Of a stretch of 64,000 bases of DNA, positions 1-11,473 are shown in pieces. Under the pieces are notes generated by a model. It saw only the letters and a list, made by a program, of their open reading frames with translations, was not told the DNA's origin and made no database searches. The stretch covers positions 37,265-101,264 of the forward strand of contig NW_021832718.1 of NCBI RefSeq assembly GCF_006345805.1, written 5' to 3'. Source of the stretch: Octopus sinensis. Its lineage: Eukaryota. Every line of letters begins with the position of its first letter. Position 1 is the stretch's first letter. The translations under genes and the position numbers were made by a program.

Positions 1-25
1 TATCTTCGCTCCCTAAGGACGCCAT
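1..25 (-). CDS. Possible first coding exon of a neighbouring gene (MASLGSED...), running off the left edge
   Basis: Minus strand reads CAAAATGGCGTCCTTAGGGAGCGAAGATA: ATG in an AAAATGGCG (YY1/Kozak-like) context in non-repetitive-looking sequence. Only 8 codons are visible. Confidence 0.25.
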
Positions 26-106
26 TTTGACCAGTTCTGTTTGCAGTTGAACATTGTAAAATCTTACAGCGTTAAAGTTCAGCCTTGCACGCCCAGAACC
101 AAGGGA

Positions 107-171
107 TCTCTTATTATAAAAGGCAGATTTTATCTGCCTCCCTTTGTATCTTATAGAAATCTACAATATAG
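107..171 (+). mobile_element. Helitron-like 5' terminus fragment
   Basis: Starts A|TC (TCTCTTATTATAAAAGGCAG-ATTTTAT-CTGCCT, small hairpin). 62/65 nt identical to the reverse complement of 12182-12246. Confidence 0.6.
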
Positions 172-184
172 ACAATTGAGAATG

Positions 185-2110
185 TTAAATATAAATCGTC
201 TTTGAAAGTTTCTTTGGCCAGTGAACAGTTCTGCCTGACCTCATAACATAAGGTTTGTTCGATGCGGGCTGCGACGACGATGTTGGTGTTGATAAAGGTG
301 CATGTGTAAATGGTGGTGTTGTCAAAGGTGCATGTGTGAATGGTGGTGTTGTCAAAGGTGCATGTGAAGGTTCAACGATGGTTGTGGAAGTGGGGTCATC
401 AAAAGATGTGGACACCTCAAAATATGCCCTTTTAAGACGGTCTACGGAGACGGTCTCCGAACGACCGTTAATGTCAAGTTTTAACACTTTCGGCGTTCGG
501 GAAATCACACGAAAAGGTCCTTTATAAGGAGAAACAAGAGGTCCTTTGACAGAATCATCACGAACAATAACATGCGTCCAAGACTCAAGATCTGATGGCA
601 CATTAGAAGGAGGATTTTGGTGTCGAGGGCCCATTGGAGGAAGGGCAGAAAAATATCTGCATAGTCGAGCAACATAAGACTCTAAATTAAGAAACTGTGA
701 CTTGTCTGGCACCAACATCGTACCAGGCAATGCCAGTGTGGTACCATACAAGAGCTCGGCAGAAGAAAAACCAAGATCTGTTTTAATCGCAGTCCGACAT
801 CCAAGCAGGACGATAGGAAGAAATTCAGTCCACGACTGTGGATTCGGCGAGGCACGCAACGCGGCCTTAAGTTGCCTGTGGAAACGCTCCACCATCCCAT
901 TAGAAGCGGGATGGTAACTAGTGGTGCGTATATGATGCATCCCCAGGATTCGTGATTACTCACGAAATAAAACCGCTTCGAATTCTCGACCACGATCTGT
1001 GGTTAAACTGGACGGTACACCATACCTAGAAATCCAATTAGCTGGCAAGAGAAGAAAGCCAAAGGTTTAGTTTCACCATCTATGGTGTGCTGCAAGACAG
1101 CGCCAACTGCAGAATCTGATGCGTCCACAGATAAAGTAAGTGGAGCATCAGGAGCCGGATGTGCTAAAACAGGAACTGAAGCTAGTTCCTTTTTAACTAA
1201 CTCAAAGGCAGACAGTGCTTCAGCTGAAAGAGTAAGACGGGCGTCCTTTTTAGAATTGCCCTTTAGCATCTGCGTTAAAGGAAACAACTTGTCCGCACAC
1301 CGGTTTATGAAGCGTCGATAGAAATTAACTATACCCCAAAAATGGCGAAGTTGACGCAAAGAAGAAGGTGGTGCGATGCGCTGAATTGCATCGACTTTAG
1401 ACGAGAGTGGTTTGATTCTACTCGAATCAATATAATGACCGAGAAAATCAAGAGATGATTGCCCCCCAAAAAACTTGTCTGGATTAATGCGAACACCATA
1501 GTCGCGAAGACGCTGAAAAAGCTGAGACAAGTGCTGGAGATGATTTTCATGTGTATCACTTTCGATGAGAATATCATCGACATACGCGAAAACAAAATCA
1601 AGTCCACGAACAACTTCATCTATAAAACGTTGGAGCGTACTACAGGCGTTCCGCAAACCAAAACTCATGTATAGAAATTCGAAACAACCGAAAGGAGTGG
1701 TAATTGCCGTTTTAGGAACATCGTCTGGGTTGACCGGTATTTGATGATAAGCACGTATGAGGTCAACCTTAGAAAAAATGGTACAGCCATGGAGATTTGC
1801 TGAAAAGTCATTGAGATTCCTAATTGGATATCTGTCCGGAATTTAGACGCCGATAATCTCCCACCGGACGAAAATCTGTATCCCCTTTTCGAACTAAATG
1901 AAGGGGTGAAGCCCATGGACTGGGGGATGGGCGTATCAGACCAAGCTGGAGCATATGCTCAAACTCAGCCCTAGCCGTTTTAAGACGGTCAGGTGCAAGA
2001 CGCCGTAGGCGCGAAAAAACAGGCGGCCCAGTAGTTGTAATAAAATGGAGTGTCGAGTGTACGGGTTTTGCCATTTTAAAGGTAATATCAAGTAGCTCTG
2101 GAAAAGAAGC
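185..2110 (-). mobile_element. Outer (host) Ty3/Gypsy element, 3' part: RT, partial RNase H and integrase, with internal deletion, no LTR
   Basis: ORFs 1820-2137 (SPWASPLHLV..DYRRLN), 1003-1668 (YVDD RT motif, DAS RNase H start), 185-940 (integrase C-terminal half). Frameshifts and stops present. LAFFSCQL is fused directly to NWISRYGVP at about 1040. Confidence 0.9.
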
Positions 2111-2542
2111 TGTAACAGGATCTGGAATCGGTATCACTGAAGGGGTGTCCGATCCGATCCCGTCACATTCAATTTAGTTAAATATAACCGACGAAGTCAG
2201 GTTATCTGGGAAAGACAGCAAATGTTGTTTTATTACTCGTGATGGTGTAGATCTGGTGTACGTATTTCTGAGGGGGACCGACAGCCGAATCTGTTGTACT
2301 GCTTCTTGTTGGCTGGTCGAAGTGGTTCGATGTGGTCCGCTGCTAAGTCGCTGCGTAGTTCTCAGAGACTGCCAATGCGCGTCTGTTCACGAGGGCTGCC
2401 AGGGCCAGAGAGACTGAGTGAGTGGACGGTGTTTTAAGGGTCAGTTTCCCGCACATGCGCATGGGGAAGACTTCCGGTGGCCACCCGGAAGTAGTCCCAT
2501 TCTGCGCATGCGCGCTGAACCTTACACAGCAGCATCACTACA
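2111..2542 (-). repeat. 3' LTR
   Basis: TGTAACA...ACTACA on the plus strand. About 13 substitutions against 7020-7451 by manual comparison (about 97% identity). Confidence 0.95.
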
Positions 2543-2554
2543 TGGCTCCCCCTC
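2543..2554 (-). promoter_or_regulatory. Polypurine tract
   Basis: GAGGGGGAGCCA immediately precedes the 3' LTR on the minus strand. Confidence 0.8.
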
Positions 2555-2676
2555 GAGTGCGGAAGTACGAAAACAAGAAAATTTGTAGTGGTGCTGCAGA
2601 AAAACAGACGGCTTGCCGATCCCCCAGAAGATTTGGTACACAATATACTACAAAAAACAAGAAATTTGAAAGAAAG

Positions 2677-5600
2677 TCAAATATAAATTGTCTTTGAGAG
2701 TTTCTTTGGCCAATGCACTGTTCTGCCCGATCTTGTAACATACGGTGTGCTCGGGGCACCGTTGACGGCGAAGGTGGTGTTGTGGGAGCCGGTGAAGGCA
2801 AAGGTGTCTGTGCAGGTGAATGTGTTTGTGCAGGTGAAGGTGTCGGCGCTGGTGAAGGTGTTGTTAAAGGTGCATAGGTGGGTGTGGCAACGTTGTCATC
2901 AAAAGATGAAGACGCCTCAAAGTATGCTTTCTTCAGTCGGTCCACGGAAACAGTCTCCGAATGACCATTTATTTCAATGGTGAAAACCTTAGGTGTTCGA
3001 GAAAGCACACGGAAAGGTCTTTTATAAGGAGAAACAAGTGGTCCCTTGACAGAGTCGTTCCGAACAAAAACATGCGACCAAGTGTCCATATCCGGTGAGA
3101 GATGGGATGGTGGAGATTGTTTCCTGGGAACCATGGGTGGAAGATTCGAAAAATAGGAACGCAGTCTGGCGACATAGGTCGCCGGATCATGGGGCTGGGA
3201 AGTGTCTGGCACCAACATCGTACCAGGCAATGCCAGAGTGGTACCATACAGTAGCTCTGCAGAAGAAAATCCCAGGTCTGCCTTGACAGCAGTGCGACAA
3301 CCGAGAAGCACAATTGGCAGAAATTCAATCCAGGACTGTGGATCTGAAGAGGCACGAAGAGCGGCCTTAAGCTGTCTATGGAACCGTTCAACTAATCCAT
3401 TAGACGCTGGATGATAGCTGGTAGTGTGGATATGATGCACACCTAAAATGCGCGACAATTCGCGAAATAGCGAAGCTTCAAACTGACGTCCACAATCTGT
3501 AGTCAATCTGGACGGAACTCCGAAACGGGAAATCCGGTTCGAAACGAAGGCTCGCGCAACAGTCTCAGTAGAAATGTCTGCTATCGGAATGGCTTCTGTC
3601 CAGCGGGAGAAACGATCGACACAAGTTAACAGATAAGAAAACCCGCGACTCACAGGCCATGGTCCAACCAGATCGATGTGGACATGGCGAAAACGGGCCT
3701 CCGTAGGGGGGAAAATGTCCAAGCGGGGCACGAACGTGCCGTTGAATCTTGGACCGTTGACACTTGGAGCAGGTGCGTGTCCAAGAAGTAATAGTGCGAC
3801 GCATATTCGGCCAGAAAAACCGAGCAGTGATCAGCTTAAGGGTGGCAGCGATGCCAGGATGTGATAAGGAGTGCAGTGCTTCAAACACTGAGCGTTGATG
3901 ATTCTCAGGCACGAGTGGCCTGGGAGAACCAGTGGAAGTATCACCGAGAATGGTGCCTTCGGCTGACGGAAGCGGAGGGTGGGAAAACTGGCAACAGGAG
4001 AACCTGGGCGAAGTTAAGTCTAACGACGCCAAAGGTGGCTACTCCTGCGAGATGGCACTTAAGTCGATAGCAGCAGGAGACGAAAGGGTGCAGACTAGAA
4101 GGCGAGAGAGAGCGTCAGCAGGAACGTTCTCTTTTCCAGGTATGTGTCGAATGTTACTAGTAAATTGAGAGATAAAATCCAGGTGCCGGAAAGCACGAGG
4201 TGAGAGTTTGTCCGTTTTTGAACACAGGGCAAACGTAAGGGGCTTGTGATCCGTATAGATCACAAAATCTCGCCCTTCAAGTTGATGCTGGAAATGACGA
4301 ACCGATAGATAGATCGCTAGGAGCTTACGATCAAAGGTGCTGTATCGTCGTTCAGCTGGTTGCAGTTGACGGGAAATGAAAGCCAGAGGTCGAATATGAT
4401 CATCCACTGTGTGTTGTAACACAGCGCCAATCGCAGTGTCCGATGCGTCTACAGTCAAAGAGAGAGAAGCACCAGGAACCGGATGTGCAAGCAAAGAAAC
4501 AGAAGCCAGCTCCTTCTTAATGGACTCAAAGGCTGTCACTGCCTCAACAGAGAGGGTGACTTGACCGTCCTTTCTAGGAGTGTCCTTTAATAGCCTGGTG
4601 AGAGGAAGTAGCTTATCTGCACAACCGGGAATAAAACGTCTGTAGAAATTGATCATCCCTAGATAATGCCTGAGCTGGCGCAAGGAAGTGGGAGGTGCGA
4701 TGCGTTGAATGGCATCGACCTTTGACGACAGAGGGCTGATTCCACTCGAATCAATATGATGGCCTAGAAAATCTAGAGAAGAGCGTCCGAAAACACACTT
4801 GTCGGGATTTATACGTATACTATAAGCGCGAAGACGCTGAAAAAACTGAGAAAGGTGCTGGAGATGATTTTCACGTGTGTCGCTCGCAATGTGTATATCA
4901 TCGACATTGGCAAACACAAAATAAATACCGCGGACAACCTCATCAATGAAACGCTGGAAAGTGCTGGTAGCATTCCGCAAACCGAAACTCATATACAAAA
5001 ACTCAAAACACCCAAAAGGGGTAGTGATCGTAGTTTTCGGAACGTCGGCTGGGTTGACCGGTATTTGATGGTACGCGCGTATAAGGTCGACCTTCGAAAA
5101 AATGGTACAACCATGGAGATTTGCCGTAAAGTCCTGTATAATTCTGATTGGATACCTGTCGGCTATTGTTACGGCATTGAGGCGTCGATAGTCTCCTACC
5201 GGGCGAAAATCAGACTCGCCCTTTCGCGCCAAATGAAGGGGAGACGCCCATGGGCTGGTGGAGGGGCGTATAAGGCCAAGTTGAAGCATGTGCTCAAACT
5301 CGGCCCTAGCCGTCTTTAGACGGTCAGGCGCAAGGCGCCGTGGGCGCGAAAAAACAGGCGGCCCAGTGGTGGTGATAAAATGAAGGGTCGAGTGGGTAGG
5401 CTTTTCCGGTTGAAAGGCAATATCCAATAGCTCCGGAAATGAAGCCAAAAGAGAGTGAAAAACGTCTCCAGAGGTGGCAACAAAGAATGTCGGGCTAAGG
5501 ACCGCATTGGTGGAACTCCCAGTCGGCGTCGAGAGCGACGTCGTGCTGTTAAGAAGCCTCCGACGCCTGACATCCACCAATAGATTAAATCTATCCAAGA

Positions 5601-5890
5601 AATCAGCGCCGAGAATAGGATGCGGGATGTCAGCGGGATGACGAATGTTGATGTCGAGGCGCAGCGAAATCTGACCGAAGGTGGTTATGGGAGACGAGTA
5701 AATGGCATGCAAGACAATTGAAGAGCGCTTGGGCTTGTCTGCAGTCAGACGAAGGGGCCAGATGCTGCAACAAGAGCCAGTGTCCACCATGAAGAATTTC
5801 TTCGACACAAGATCTTTTACAAAGAACGCACGATTTTTGGGAAACGAGAAAGAAGAAGGTGACGTGCTCACCTCCTCCTGATTTAGTTTC
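2677..5890 (-). pseudogene. pol: Gypsy pol (protease-RT-RNase H-integrase), disrupted
   Basis: Protease VDTGS; RT with YR..N, KVDL..AYHQI and the YADD-equivalent ANVDD; RNase H VDAS..TDHKPL; integrase HH-CC, then D(LVGP), D and E(RFH). In-frame TAG at 4039-4041 and frameshifts near 3710 and 2750. Protease has a short in-frame deletion relative to the outer copy (RHP vs RRDFQWVFVI). Confidence 0.9.
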
Positions 5891-5892
5891 CC
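5851..5892 (-). promoter_or_regulatory. gag-pol -1 ribosomal frameshift signal
   Basis: G GGA AAC slippery heptamer (5886-5892) directly before the gag TAA, 6-nt spacer, then a 12-bp stem AGGAGGAGGUGA/UCACCUUCUUCU with loop GCACG. pol lies in the -1 frame. Confidence 0.8.
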
Positions 5893-6632
5893 GAGGGCTG
5901 GAAAGTGCACGGCTGGGTACACCGTTCTGCCTTTTCGGCATACTTGGAATGGTACCAGCACCAGCCGGAACGAGAAACAGAGTCACTCCGACTACGAGAA
6001 ACAGAGCCACTGCGACTACGACTGCGAGGTCGGCGCCCGATCGCACGCCACAGATCATTGATTCACTGCGTAAGTGCATCGATCCTCTCGGCTAGAGAAT
6101 TTTGCGTCGGAGAAAATGTCGGAGGGGGCTCTGTACATGCGTACAGGCCTCGCGATGGAGATGGTCCCGAAAATTCTAATATTTTATCGGCCATCGTGGC
6201 AATCTGGTCTACTGACACAGACTCCAGTGCCGTGGCCAACATTGTCTGCACGTGGGCAGGCAACCTGGAGAAGAAAATCTTCCGCAAGAGTGGTGCGTCT
6301 GCTGCGTTCCCGCTTAGCTCCCTTAGGTGGTGCAGGAACTGGGATGGAGTCCTGTCCCCCAACTGTTCGTCGGCCATCAGCTCATTAAATTGACTCTCCT
6401 CCGACCGCGTGTTGCGGCGGAGGATTTCGGCTTTTACTGACGCGTATGTGGCGTCAGGGTGGGGACTCATTATGAGATCCCTGACCGATGTGGCGAGTCG
6501 GGAAGGCAAACTCGAATATAGCAGATGCAACTGCTGCTGTGGAGGAACGGCATGTGCGGCAAAATGCGACTCCACATGGGCAAGCCACAGACCCGCATCC
6601 CCTGTGAATGAAGGCAAACCTGATGCAGCCAT
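5883..6632 (-). pseudogene. gag: Gypsy gag with a premature stop
   Basis: ORF 6063-6632 continues in frame past TGA (6063-6065) through an SR-rich linker to CWYHSKYAEKAERCTQPC and ends GN-stop at 5883. Confidence 0.85.
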
Positions 6633-7005
6633 GTTTGTCCGAAAAATCGCCTGTCAGAAAGGGGCAGAAGGTAAGAACGAGAAGTGGAGAACACGTGGAA
6701 CCGACAAAGCAAACCAAAAAAAAATCGTGTTTTGTGTACTGGTGTATGTGTGTGTGCACCTCGTGGGTAGTAAAGAAATAGGTGTGTGTGTGCACAAAGG
6801 AAAAACAAAAGCTACAGAAAAGAAAAAAAATAATGTGTGTGTGTGTTTTTTTTTTTTCAGTGTACTGAGTGCGATGGATAAAACTTTTGTTTGTACGCAC
6901 CTTCGCTGTCCTGAAAGGAAAAGAAAATGATAATGAAACTGAGTGTTCAGTGTGCTAACTGGCAAAACCTGTTCGCTGCGTCTTCTGTTCTTTTTTTTTT
7001 TTTAC

Positions 7006-7017
7006 TCGGGGTCACCA
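7006..7017 (-). promoter_or_regulatory. Primer binding site, tRNA-Trp
   Basis: TGGTGACCCCGA, 2 nt after the 5' LTR; complementary to the metazoan tRNA-Trp 3' end (UCGGGGUCACCA). Confidence 0.85.
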
Positions 7018-7019
7018 AT

Positions 7020-7451
7020 TGTAACAGGATCTGGAATCGATATCACTGAAGGGGTGTCCGATCTGATCCCGTCACATTCAATTTAGTTAAATATAACAGA
7101 CGAAGTCAGGTTATCTGGGAAAGACAGCAAATGTTGTTTTATTACTCGTGATGGTGTAGATCTGGTGTACGTATTTCTGAGGGGGACCGACAGCCGAATC
7201 TGTTGTACTGCTTCTTGTTGGCTGGTCGAAGTGGTTCGATGTGGTCCGCTGCTAAGTCAGTGCATAGTTCTCAGAGACTGCCAATGCGCGTCTGTTCACG
7301 AGGGCTATCAGGGCCAGAGAGACTGAATGAGTGGACGGTATTTTAGGGGTCAGTTTCCCGCACATGCGCATGGGGAAGACTTCCGGTGGCCACCCGGAAG
7401 TAGTCCCATTCTACGCATGCGCGCTGAACCATACACAGCAGCATCACTACA
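7020..7451 (-). repeat. 5' LTR
   Basis: Near-identical direct repeat of 2111-2542, followed on the minus strand by the PBS. Confidence 0.95.
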
Positions 7452-7752
7452 AAGCCAAAAGAGAATGAAAAACATCTCCAGATGTAGAAACAATAAATGT
7501 CGGGCTAAGAGCTGAATCGGTAGATTCTCTGGTCGGCGTGGAGAGTGTAGTTGAACTGTCGACTAGCCTCCGACGTCTGACATCTACCAATAAATCAAAG
7601 TTATATAGAAAATCCGCTCCTAAAATAGGATGCGGAATGTCAGCAATGACAAAAACCCACTGAAAATCTCGACGAAGATTTATGTCAAGGCGTAAAGAGA
7701 TCTGACCAAATGTGGCTATTGGTGATGAGTCAATAGCGTGCAAAATAACATT
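7452..7752 (-). mobile_element. Outer Gypsy element, 5' part (protease C-terminal half), truncated
   Basis: ORF 7447-7743 (HPILGADFL..LLVDVRRRRL). Joins 2110 seamlessly across the AAGC TSD. Confidence 0.9.
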
Positions 7753-7756
7753 AGGT

Positions 7757-7900
7757 TAGGGTTGCCAGACGTCCCTTATATAAGGGATGTGGCCCATATT
7801 TGATAATTTTGTCTCCTGTCCCGTACTGATCTTTCAGGGACACGCTAAATGTCCCAAATTTAGTTAATTTCCAAATCTCGAAATAAAAATATATTTTTAC
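7757..7900 (+). mobile_element. Single terminus of a hAT (Blackjack-like) DNA transposon
   Basis: TAGGGTTGCCAGACGTCCC start with repeated subterminal GTCCC/GGGAC motifs. No partner end was found. Right boundary approximate. Confidence 0.4.
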
Positions 7901-9918
7901 TACCTTCTTATGGTTCTTAGTTGTAATTGTTTACTTTTTTCATATCCTCTTTGATTGGTTAAAATTACACAAATAGGACAACTTTAACACGAAATAACTT
8001 CTAAGATACGAAATTTTGTCAAAAATGTTGAAAGTGAACCGTGTTCAGCATGAGAAATTACACCAGTATACGAAGTTTCAAACTGTTTAGTTAAAAAAAA
8101 TAATTTTTTAATCTGTGAGCGAAACTGAACAGATCCGTCCTGTGTAGGCTTGTTGTCCCAGTAAGTGGAAAGCTCAAGAGTTACCTCTGTGGCACACACT
8201 CTAGCAACACCATGCTGCTCCATAAAAGCATCATCCAGGGTGCGAAACACTTCTTGCAAGTTATGCTAGCACCATCGGCATGAAAAGCCAGCAACAATAA
8301 GTTAGTGTTAACATATTTAATGTAAGCAACCTCAAAAAATTAAGTTTTTAGTCTTGAAGAATAATAACTAATAGTGTTGTCAGTCTTGTAGCAGGCATGG
8401 GAGTCAACTCTAGCTATATTTCAATATAATTCTGTCCTCATTATTGAAGCATAAATCTTCACCATAATTGCTGAAACAGTGATAAATATTTCAGTAAGTA
8501 AATTATTGTATATTGTAAGAAACCAGAAGTATTTAGAGAATAAGTGCTTCAGAAATAACCTTTACTTGAAAAGCAATAAATAAATTTGTTCATTCATTCT
8601 ATGTCCATTTTTTCATGCTAGCATAGATTGAATAATTACTTATTCATCCTTTGTTTTACAGCTAGATGTTCTTATTTTGTGAACCCTTCCAAGGATTATT
8701 AAAAAAAGCTCACTAGAAATAAGTAAGCAGTGAGGAAAAAACAATATTACATAGTCACAGTTAGTATTTGGGACTGCCCACCATGTATCACTTTTAATTC
8801 TCTTCTTCACAAGTTGCTATATCTATTAAACAAGAGGGAAATTCTTTTATACTGATGAGTTTCTTCAAGACAGGTGCCTTCACTTTGGTTAGAGATATCA
8901 AATTTCTTGCTGGTCTCTAATGAGAGCAAAAGAGGGGAAAGGGCAATCTACAGATGAACAGATTGTGTACACTCACAGTACAAATAAAATGTTATTAAAC
9001 AAATATTTCAGTACTGTTGAAAGTATGTGTTATCTAGGTAAGAATAGCTAAATTAATATTGTAAGCATTGAAAATTTTGTGGTATTTGTGTGAGGCTGAA
9101 AAATATTTTACATGAGCTAGAAAGTTCTTAGCAATATTTGTATCGACAGCTAAACTGTGGAGGTTGATAGGGTCTTGGTTAGTCTATGTTGAATATACAT
9201 CTGCACATGCATTTTTAAAATAAGGCAAGCTTTCTTAAAGATAGCAGTTACCCTATTCACACCATTAATATTTATCCAATAGAAAGACCAGTCTGTATCT
9301 GTTCCACAAAGTGCCAGAACAGATACTGCCAGATGTCCTACTTGATCCAAGTTCTGCCAATCTACCATTATTAACCCTGAAAACATGAATGGCAAAGTTT
9401 ACCAGGGAGGGATTTGGACTGAGAGTGCAGAGAGTCAGAACAAATACTGTGAAGCATTCTGGCCCAAGAGTCTAACGATTTTCCCAATCTACTTCCTTGT
9501 GAAGGACACTTCCTGCGTCCTGCTTTTTAGTTTCAGGGTGGGTAGGGAGAAAGATACCTTCACTACAGTTAGAGATATTGAATTTTTTGCTAGTCTCTAA
9601 TGAGAACAAAGAAGAGGGAAAAGAGCAAACAGGGTAAATATATCAGTTACAGATGAACACATTATATACACTCACAAATAAAATGTTATGCAATATGTCC
9701 ATGGCATATAGCAGCAATGTTATAAAACCTCTATGAAAATTGATTGACCTTAGATAGGCACATCTGAAAGTATTAAAAAACAAACAAGGGTACTTTATAA
9801 CAAAAACAAAACAAAAGCAAAATTTAAAGAAATATTAAAAAACAAGAAACTACAATGGTACTTTTTAAAATGATTTAATTTAAAAACAAATATAAAAAAA
9901 CTTTCTAATTAGCAAATA

Positions 9919-10276
9919 CTAGCAGTATCGCCCGGCGTTGCTCGGGTTTGTTTCGACCCGCTGGAATTGTAATTTTGAAGAGTAAAAATTTTGTGAACAT
10001 TTTTCTGGTCGAAATACACCGAAAAGTGGCGACACAGCAGTGAAAAAATCGTAAAAAATAGGGATTTTCATAGAAAAAAGCATCTTTTTGATGTAAATAA
10101 TTTTTGGTGTTAACATGGTCCGATTTGAATTTTATGTTCTACGGAAGGAAGAGCAACCCTTCTTCTATCATACTCTCAATTTTGGTCGACTTGCGCCGCA
10201 GGGTCTCGGAGGAGATAGTGTTAGTTGAAGGTTACCAAACGTGGCGCACACAGACAACTTTAGCTTTATATAGAGA
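9919..10276 (-). mobile_element. Short non-autonomous Helitron (358 bp)
   Basis: Minus strand: A|TCTCTATATAAAG 5' end at 10276; 3' end CCCG-AGCAACGC-CGGG hairpin followed by CTAG|T at 9919. Confidence 0.85.
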
Positions 10277-11390
10277 TAACACACACACATTAATACACAT
10301 ACATAGACACACACACACATGTATGTATGGATGTATATATGGGTACTTGTATCGCAGAGTGGTCCCGGTTGCGCACACGCGGATTCGCGCGTGCGAGCCA
10401 GACGTAGGTACTCGATACTCGATCGCCCTTAAATAATTACTTTTTTTTACAGAAACGCGAACGTATATAACGCGCAAAATTATTCCGTACAATTTATCAA
10501 ATTAAATAACGCAAAATTAATATATTTTTTGAAATTGCAAATTATTTAGAATATAAAAATCTGGCTGCTATTTCTAGGTGCCTGAGTAACAACCTCGCGG
10601 ATTTACAGATAAATGAATTAATTACTATTTTACAGAATAAAATTAAATAATTCTTGAAAATTAATTAATATTAATATTTTTTGAACAAAGTAAATAATTT
10701 TTAAAACTTAAATAATAATTTTTTTTACACAAACGCGAACGGGGAAAAGGGGGTGGCGAATTCGATTTTTTTATTTTCGTTGAATGAATAGAAAAAATGT
10801 ATAATATATGTTGTACATACCTAAATTTTTTCTTTTTCATGACATTGTAGCAAAATAGTAGTGAATTATATAAATACCAGCAGTACATTTTTTTTCTGGG
10901 GTATTTTTTTTCAACCTCGTCACATATTTGCCCCTTTCAATTTAAACAAAGTCTTAATTAAGCAATTACGGCAGCTTAGCAATGGTTTCAATACAGGCGT
11001 GACATCTGTATCTCAATTGTTCAAAACCCTTCGAATTTTTTCGCACGTGATGATATCATAGTGAAAACTTTCAATTACGCGCGCTTAGAAGTACGCTCGC
11101 AAATCAATACTACCAAAATTTTGAAGTTCGCGCTCCGCTTGTGTGTGTGTGTGTGTGTGCGTGCTTTAGGTGTACGTAGGTATGTGTTTTTGTGTGTGTG
11201 TGTCACTGAAGCCATACATACATATATACATACATAACCTCTCTCTCTCTCTTTTCTCTCTCAGTCACTCACTACAAAAAGTGAATAAAAAAAGTTCAGT
11301 TATTTCTGTCTTTCACTCTCTCTGTCTCTTTACACACACTAACAAAAGCACTTCACTTACACACGACACTTTCTGTGTCGCACAACCCAT

Positions 11391-11473
<83 letters not shown>

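Larger units (their letters stand above)
2111..7451 (-). mobile_element. Full-length but decayed Ty3/Gypsy LTR retrotransposon, CsRn1/Kabuki-like clade
   Basis: Two 432-bp TG...CA LTRs, 4-bp TSD AAGC (2107-2110 and 7452-7455), tRNA-Trp PBS, PPT, gag with a C-X2-H-X9-C-X3-C motif, pol order PR-RT-RH-IN. Confidence 0.95.

Noticed and set aside
6063-6065. TGA in gag as programmed readthrough
   Set aside because: No readthrough context. A CGA-to-TGA decay is simpler in a copy with other disabling mutations.
9251-9378. Apparent minus-strand exon (LIMVDWQNLDQVGHLAV...)
   Set aside because: The acceptor region lies inside a degraded SINE, and the phase and peptide fit none of the reconstructed genes.
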